Part shown: positions 58,711 to 64,000 of the stretch, piece by piece
Numbering within the stretch: the first letter of the stretch is position 1
Layout: every line of letters starts with the position of its first letter
Assembly (NCBI GenBank): GCA_000965745.1
Contig: CP009479.1
Span: 1,952,001-2,016,000, forward strand
DNA length: 64,000 nucleotides
DNA from: an uncultured archaeon
Lineage (GTDB): Archaea; Thermoplasmatota; Thermoplasmata; Thermoplasmatales; Thermoplasmataceae
Direction of reading: 5' to 3'
Notes under the pieces: model-generated
Seen by the model: the letters and a program-made list of their open reading frames with translations, nothing else
Database searches by the model: none
Told to the model about the DNA's origin: nothing
Translations under genes and position numbers: made by a program

Positions 58711-59639
58711 CAGATCACTCTGAACTGGGGGTCAAGTCCCTGTATGAATTTCATTACATTTGAGATTGTGTCCTTCATGAATCTCTGCTGGCTCTCAACT
58801 GTAACTCCGGCAATATGTGGTGAAAAGATCACGTTGTCAAGCCCGAAAAGTTCTGATTTGAAATCAGGCGGCTCTTTTTCATACACGTCTATGCACGCCT
58901 TAATGCCTCTGGATTTGACGGCATCAATAAGGGCACCTTCGTCAACTACTCCTCCTCTTGATGTGTTTATGATTAAGGCACCATCTTTCATCTTGCTGAA
59001 TTCATTCTTTCCGATCATTCCCCTCGTCTGTTCGGTGAGTGGAACATGGAGTGATATTATATCAGACCGGGAAAAAAGAGAGTCTAGTTCCAGGAAGGTG
59101 AGGCCAAGGTCTTCTTCCATTTCCTCCTCGAGCCTGACAGTATCGTAGTAGACCGTGTTTGCTCCAAGGTGAAGCAGCTTTTCGGCCAGTTTTTTTCCTA
59201 TTGCACCCATTCCAACTATCCCGAAAGTCCTGTTCATCAACTCCATGGAATTTGTGAGAACCGGCCAGTTCCCGCTCTTTATTTCGCTGTGGAAGTGCAT
59301 TATATTCTTGAGCTGGGAAAGTGCCATTGCAATCACGTGCTCCGCAACACTGTCCTTGTTCGCGGTGGGTATGTTTGAAAGCATTACATTTCTCTTTCTC
59401 AGGGCCGGGATATCAACATTGTCATAGCCTGTGCTGGCGACCTGGACAAATTTCAGGTTGGGAATTCTGGAGACCAGGTTTTCATCTACTGTTGTAAAAG
59501 TGGTAACGATCAGCACTTCCGCCTCATTGGAGCCGAAATCGGTTGAGGTTACTATTTCACCTTCAGGCATTACCTGGCCAAGGGCGGATGATATCTCCTC
59601 GATCGGAAGGAATGGGGGTAGAATGGAAAGAACTTTCAT
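58710..59639 (-). CDS. D-isomer-specific 2-hydroxyacid dehydrogenase
   Basis: GIVGMGAIG, INTSRG, DVYEKEP, SPHIAG. Confidence 0.9.
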   Translation of the reverse strand: MKVLSILPPFLPIEEISSALGQVMPEGEIVTSTDFGSNEAEVLIVTTFTTVDENLVSRIPNLKFVQVASTGYDNVDIPALRKRNVMLSNIPTANKDSVAEHVIAMALSQLKNIMHFHSEIKSGNWPVLTNSMELMNRTFGIVGMGAIGKKLAEKLLHLGANTVYYDTVRLEEEMEEDLGLTFLELDSLFSRSDIISLHVPLTEQTRGMIGKNEFSKMKDGALIINTSRGGVVDEGALIDAVKSRGIKACIDVYEKEPPDFKSELFGLDNVIFSPHIAGVTVESQQRFMKDTISNVMKFIQGLDPQFRVI

Positions 59640-60015
59640 CATATCACAATAACATGAGCATAGCAATATTTATTGCTTACTGGCAATGATTCCACTATTA
59701 TGAAAGAGGATGCTCCATTAACTTTCACCACAGGCATCAACTTTTGCTGTCAGCACCAGGTTCTCTGGTGTTCCTGCTGTGCCGAACAGTATCAATTCCG
59801 GGAGAACATGTACCCTGGGAATATTTGCCTGATTCAAACAAGCATACAATACGGGCAAGATGCAACAACCAGATGGCAGGGGCTATCGTTGTGTTCATCG
59901 GAGAGAAGCGTTGCGTACCCGTAACACCCCATAGTGCAAATTTCTGCATGATTGGCAGGATATCAAGCCCAAAATTTATGGCAAAGCTTTTTTATTCAGC
60001 TTCCAATTCTATGGA

Positions 60016-60318
60016 GCCGGACTAGGCTGGGGAGCTAGGCGCTTCCTGTTACCCGAAGCCTATATGCGGGAGTGACGGCCTGGAGAGGTCAACCAAACTT
60101 CTGCCAGGCCCCGTGAAATCGCTGAAGTTCTGTTCCTTCGGATCGGAGGACCATATATGCGAGCCCGAAGGAGCATGTGTGTATGACTTATCAGGAGAAT
60201 CCGCCAGGACCGGAAGGGAGCAACGGTATCCTGGACTCTTGATGCTGAAGGGGTGCGGGACGGAGAGGAAGCGGGGGGACCCTGACAGGACATTTGGCCC
60301 GATCCAGGCGGGTCCGGC
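60016..60318 (+). ncRNA. ffs: Archaeal signal recognition particle (7S) RNA
   Basis: Terminal helix GCCGGAC/GTCCGGC, helix-8 CCAGGACCGGAAGGGAGCAACGG, about 300 nt and GC-rich. Confidence 0.92.
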
Positions 60319-60356
60319 ACTCACCATTCAAGGCCAAAAACGGGATATGATTATGC

Positions 60357-61508
60357 TTGGCAGACTACAAGATTATACAGGATCCACTTAACGGCCCGAT
60401 CAAGCTGTCGGGGCTCTATGAAGAACTCCTTGATACGCCTGAAATGCAGAGGCTCAGGTATGTAAAATCACTCGGCCTGTGCTATCTCGTTTTTCCGGGG
60501 GCCAACCATACCCGGTTCGAACATTCACTTGGAGTGATGAATCTTGCAAGGGATTTTGCACACACCCTTGAACTGGAAGATACCGACATTGCAGCCGTTT
60601 CAGGCCTGCTGCATGATGTTGGGCACCCTCCGATGAGCCATGGTGTCGAGCGTTTCTTCCAGGACAGCACCGGGATGGACCATCTCGAAGCGGGAGTCCG
60701 GATTGTCAGAGGAAAGCCCCCTTTTGAAAGCAGCAGAATCCCGGACATTCTCGACAGCCATGGAATAGACCCCGGCGAAGTAACTCAGATCATGAAGGGG
60801 AAATCATCCAGGTACCCTATACACTCGAAGATTGTCAGCGGCCCCATTGATGTTGACGAAATGGATTACCTCAGGAGAGACTCGCTCTTCTGCGGAGTCA
60901 AACTGGGCCTCATTGACGAGAGGAGGATAATGAATATCGCAAAAACGGAGTCCTCTGATCTTGTTATAGAAGAGAAAGGGATCCCGGCTGTTGAATCAGT
61001 GCTGATCGCGAGAATCCTCATGTACAATTCTGTTTATTTCCACAAGACCTGCAGGATAGCGCAAATCATGATGGAAAAAGCCCTTGAATTGGCTTCTTCA
61101 CCGCCTGAGAATCCGTTCAACATGGGAGATCATGACCTTCTGGCCGCAATTTCAAAGGATGAAGCATCAAGAAAATTAGTCGGGGAAATCATGCAGCGGA
61201 AGCTATTCAAGCCTCTAGCCAGGGTACCATACTCGAAGGAAAAGGAAAGTGGCATCACAAGAAAACTGGGGTCAAACTATAACACCTCAGACTTCATAGT
61301 CGATGTGATACCGCCATTGTCATTCTCAGGAATAGACCGGGTTAAATCTGACCTTCGGGTAGTGACAGGAAAGAAAACATATTCCCTTGAGGGTGTATCG
61401 CCGCTTGTGCGCGCACTTTATGAAACCCTGGAAATAAGGACGATAAATGTTTCATCGAGAGAGGGCATCAGGGACGAAGTGCTCAATGATCTGGTAGAAT
61501 TCACATAG
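60357..61508 (+). CDS. HD-domain phosphohydrolase (dNTP triphosphohydrolase-like)
   Basis: QRLR, HTRFEHSLG, LLHDVGH, DVDEMDYL.RD, VYFHK. Confidence 0.9.
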   Translation: MADYKIIQDPLNGPIKLSGLYEELLDTPEMQRLRYVKSLGLCYLVFPGANHTRFEHSLGVMNLARDFAHTLELEDTDIAAVSGLLHDVGHPPMSHGVERFFQDSTGMDHLEAGVRIVRGKPPFESSRIPDILDSHGIDPGEVTQIMKGKSSRYPIHSKIVSGPIDVDEMDYLRRDSLFCGVKLGLIDERRIMNIAKTESSDLVIEEKGIPAVESVLIARILMYNSVYFHKTCRIAQIMMEKALELASSPPENPFNMGDHDLLAAISKDEASRKLVGEIMQRKLFKPLARVPYSKEKESGITRKLGSNYNTSDFIVDVIPPLSFSGIDRVKSDLRVVTGKKTYSLEGVSPLVRALYETLEIRTINVSSREGIRDEVLNDLVEFT

Positions 61509-61549
61509 CCGAATTCATTGCAGTTTGCTAAGGTTATCCCGGTCCTGGT

Positions 61550-62002
61550 TCACTGGAGTGCCTTCTCCATCCTGAAGGCGCCTTTTGAGCCCCTGAAATA
61601 CTCATGATAGTATGTCACCATGTGCTCTATCTCAACATAGCCATGTTTCCTGTAGAACCCTATGGACTCGAAATTCATGTCCCTGACTTCAAGTATCGAA
61701 CGCTTCAGGCCCCGCTTCTTCATTTCTGCCTCAATATGATCGAGAAGCATGCCCCCTATGCCCCTGCCCTGATAGGCTGGATCCACTGCAATGCTTTCCA
61801 CATCGCCCGTTGTCTCATCGATGGGAATTGCCGAAACGTAGCCTGCGATTTTGCCGCTATCTTCTGCGACATAGTTGAAAGACCTTCGCATCCGGAACAT
61901 CCTCTTCAGCATAGCTCTCGAATAAGGGCCAACTGAAAATGCTCTTTTTTCTATCTCCACTATCTGATCAAGGTCTGAAGGGCTGACTTCTCTTATATCC
62001 AA
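61550..62002 (-). CDS. rimI: RimI/Ard1-like N-acetyltransferase
   Basis: SIAVDPAYQGRGIG, LEVR..N, FYRKHGY, YY...A.RM. Confidence 0.85.
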   Translation of the reverse strand: MDIREVSPSDLDQIVEIEKRAFSVGPYSRAMLKRMFRMRRSFNYVAEDSGKIAGYVSAIPIDETTGDVESIAVDPAYQGRGIGGMLLDHIEAEMKKRGLKRSILEVRDMNFESIGFYRKHGYVEIEHMVTYYHEYFRGSKGAFRMEKALQ

Positions 62003-62161
62003 CTGTGGCAGTAATCCAAAGGGATATAATGAAACTTTATGGATCAGCGGAACAATCCCCTGGCCGGGGCATTCTGCCCTGCTATCTTTCTGCGGGCCGA
62101 ATATTCGGATCACTCTCCCTAACCTTTATAGAAGTCAGAACAATCACAGGGAAGTGGCACA

Positions 62162-62593
62162 ATGACCAGAGTTATGGCAACTGGAGTCTTTGACATTATT
62201 CATCTCGGTCACATTCATTACCTCAGGGAATCCGGAAAGCTCGGAGATGAGCTCGTTGTAGTCGTGGCCAGGGATTCTACAGCAAAGAGAAATTCAAAAG
62301 ATCCCCTTTTCAACGAGGACATGAGGTTGCAGATCGTATCTGAGCTCAAGATTGTTGATAAGGCAATTCTCGGGCATGAGGGTGACATTTTTGCAACCGT
62401 GAGGGAAGTCGGCCCGGACATAATTACACTAGGTTATGATCAGCACTTCGACCCAAAAATCATCGAGGACCGGTGCCGTGAGATGGGCCTTGATACAAAG
62501 GTTGTGAGGGTCTCGAAATACAGCTCCGGACCGTTCGAAGGCTCCTCCCAGATAAGAAAAAAACTCCTGGAGAACATAGAAAGGGAAATCTGA
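62162..62593 (+). CDS. ribL: FAD synthase (archaeal RibL)
   Basis: MATGVFDIIHLGH, VVARD, PDIITLGYDQ. Confidence 0.88.
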   Translation: MTRVMATGVFDIIHLGHIHYLRESGKLGDELVVVVARDSTAKRNSKDPLFNEDMRLQIVSELKIVDKAILGHEGDIFATVREVGPDIITLGYDQHFDPKIIEDRCREMGLDTKVVRVSKYSSGPFEGSSQIRKKLLENIEREI

Positions 62594-62668
62594 AAACTTC
62601 ACGAAACCATTTCCAAACACATATATTTTTAATCTCCTGTATTTTCATACCACAAGGCTGGTGGCAAA

Positions 62669-63277
62669 TTGAAAATATCAGACAATGTTGAGTTGATCCC
62701 GGGGACAATGGCTCATTCGTACAGTATAGTGGAAAACGGGAAGATATTCCTGGTGGATTCCGGAACAAAGGGATCGGGAAACAAGATTCTGAATTACTAC
62801 AGGGCGATCGGAAAAGAACCGGATTATATCCTGATCACACACTATCACATGGACCATATAGGCGGGCTGAACACGCTGATGGACAACTTTTACAGCGAAG
62901 TTTATGTCCCTTCGAGGGAGGTTGACATCATATCTGGAAAAAGTGGCTATCCTGAAGGGACTCCTGCTTTTCTGAGGCTGTTTACTAGAGTACCCGCCGC
63001 AAGACACCCTGAGCGCCTGAAAACTGCAGAATCCCTTGCAGCTTCCGGAGTTGAGGCAGTCAACACTGAGGGGCATACGCCGGGCAGCACATCATACTTC
63101 TTCCCCGAATTGGGTGCGCTATGTGTCGGTGACGCGCTTTACAACAGGAGAGGCAGTCTTGCAGTAAACACCATGTTTTCGCTGGACCTCAAAAAAGCTT
63201 CTGAAAGCAGGGAAAAGATACTTGGAATGAAGCCTGTCCTCATACTTCCGGGGCACGGAGACCCAATCAGGATTTGA
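62669..63277 (+). CDS. Metallo-beta-lactamase-fold hydrolase
   Basis: LVDSG, THYHMDHIGG, GHTPGS, GD, PGHG. Confidence 0.88.
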   Translation: MKISDNVELIPGTMAHSYSIVENGKIFLVDSGTKGSGNKILNYYRAIGKEPDYILITHYHMDHIGGLNTLMDNFYSEVYVPSREVDIISGKSGYPEGTPAFLRLFTRVPAARHPERLKTAESLAASGVEAVNTEGHTPGSTSYFFPELGALCVGDALYNRRGSLAVNTMFSLDLKKASESREKILGMKPVLILPGHGDPIRI

Positions 63278-64000
63278 GGCTTTTTCTCAGCTCGCCAAAA
63301 GTTGAGTGGACCTTGGCAAAGGCGTTGTGCGGGTGTATGCTCTCATCACTTTCCGAGGTTATCTCAACTCCATAGTCTTCAGGAAAATCGGGATAACTGA
63401 TCGCTATACTCTCCGCAACTTCGCGGACTATATCTTCCACAAATTTTGGATTCTTGTGTGCTTTATAAACGAGCTCGCCTTCGTCACGCCTCTTGAGGAC
63501 CGAAACCAGCGGACCATTGACGGGTTTTTCAGCAATATCAATGAGGTCATCGATCTCGAGCTGGTGGGCCCTGTCGGTTTGTATCACAACCGTAACCGTG
63601 TTTCTCTGGTTGTGGGTTATGCTTGGTATCTTTGCAAGTATGTCTCCCTCAAGGGGAAACTCTTCACCTGTCATCGCCCTTGTGGTCTCCATGGCACACG
63701 GGCAGGCGTTTATCCCATGAACGATGATGCCAATGCTGGTTACGGAAGAATCCTTTGAGGCAACTGATCTGGAAATTATCCGGTACTTCACCATATGCTT
63801 CTTGCCATCTTCCGGCGACCTCTCAGAAAAATAATCCGCCTCGAGGTGCACTTCTGATCTTGTGGAGTACGGGAACTTGGAAAGAACCTTTTCAGCTATA
63901 TCTTCGGCCAGGAATTCAACCCCGGAAACTTTGGCGGGCTGGTCTGTTACATTTTCAATTGCCTCTATCGTCCTTGACAGGTCGGCCCCCTTTCTGCTTG
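63267..64000 (-). CDS. mptA: GTP cyclohydrolase MptA/FolE2 family, 5' end outside the window
   Basis: RKGADLSR, NACPCA, THNQR, LKRRDE, NPKFVED, ESIHPHNA. Confidence 0.88.
   Translation of the reverse strand, partial: SRKGADLSRTIEAIENVTDQPAKVSGVEFLAEDIAEKVLSKFPYSTRSEVHLEADYFSERSPEDGKKHMVKYRIISRSVASKDSSVTSIGIIVHGINACPCAMETTRAMTGEEFPLEGDILAKIPSITHNQRNTVTVVIQTDRAHQLEIDDLIDIAEKPVNGPLVSVLKRRDEGELVYKAHKNPKFVEDIVREVAESIAISYPDFPEDYGVEITSESDESIHPHNAFAKVHSTFGELRKSLKS

Noticed and set aside
59670-60010. ORFs 59737-59949 and 59744-60025
   Set aside because: They have atypical composition and no RBS or motif; this is probably the promoter region for the dehydrogenase and SRP RNA.
60049-60391. ORFs 60049-60327, 60060-60320 and 60113-60391
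   Set aside because: They overlap the GC-rich SRP RNA and are chance open frames.
1-64000. CRISPR array or cas genes
   Set aside because: I saw no regularly spaced 25-40-bp repeats and no Cas motifs.

Overview
This is a 64-kb chromosomal window from an archaeon, most likely an acidophilic Thermoplasmatales. The evidence is a thermopsin, a tricorn-interacting factor F1-type proline iminopeptidase, a Thermoplasma-type archaellin, archaeal SRP RNA, RibL, MptA, TATA/BRE promoters and GGAGG/GGTGA Shine-Dalgarno sites. Most genes are housekeeping or metabolic: cysH, the porGDAB operon, proC, asnS, hemE-hemH, purD, scpB, dcd, rnz, an Lhr helicase, a Fe/B12-type ABC importer, tRNA-Cys, tRNA-Ser and SRP RNA. 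Three accessory stretches interrupt them: about 13.8-18.8 kb, about 22.7-25.8 kb beside tRNA-Cys, and about 42.2-46.3 kb beside tRNA-Ser. The best novelty candidate is an intact IS481-family transposase homolog that has lost two of its three DDE catalytic residues. It is transcribed divergently from a solitary archaellin gene, with a perfect palindrome just upstream of the archaellin TATA box, so it may be a domesticated-transposase regulator. Other candidates are a cluster of four paralogous 55-56-aa AbrB-fold genes with no toxins, a ComA-wHTH fusion facing cysH across direct repeats, a SHOCT-linked regulator/bactofilin-like pair, a 22-aa poly-Asp micropeptide unit, an ORF whose stop codon abuts tRNA-Ser, and two structured 5' leaders. 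All family calls come from recognising motifs by eye; no database searches were run.
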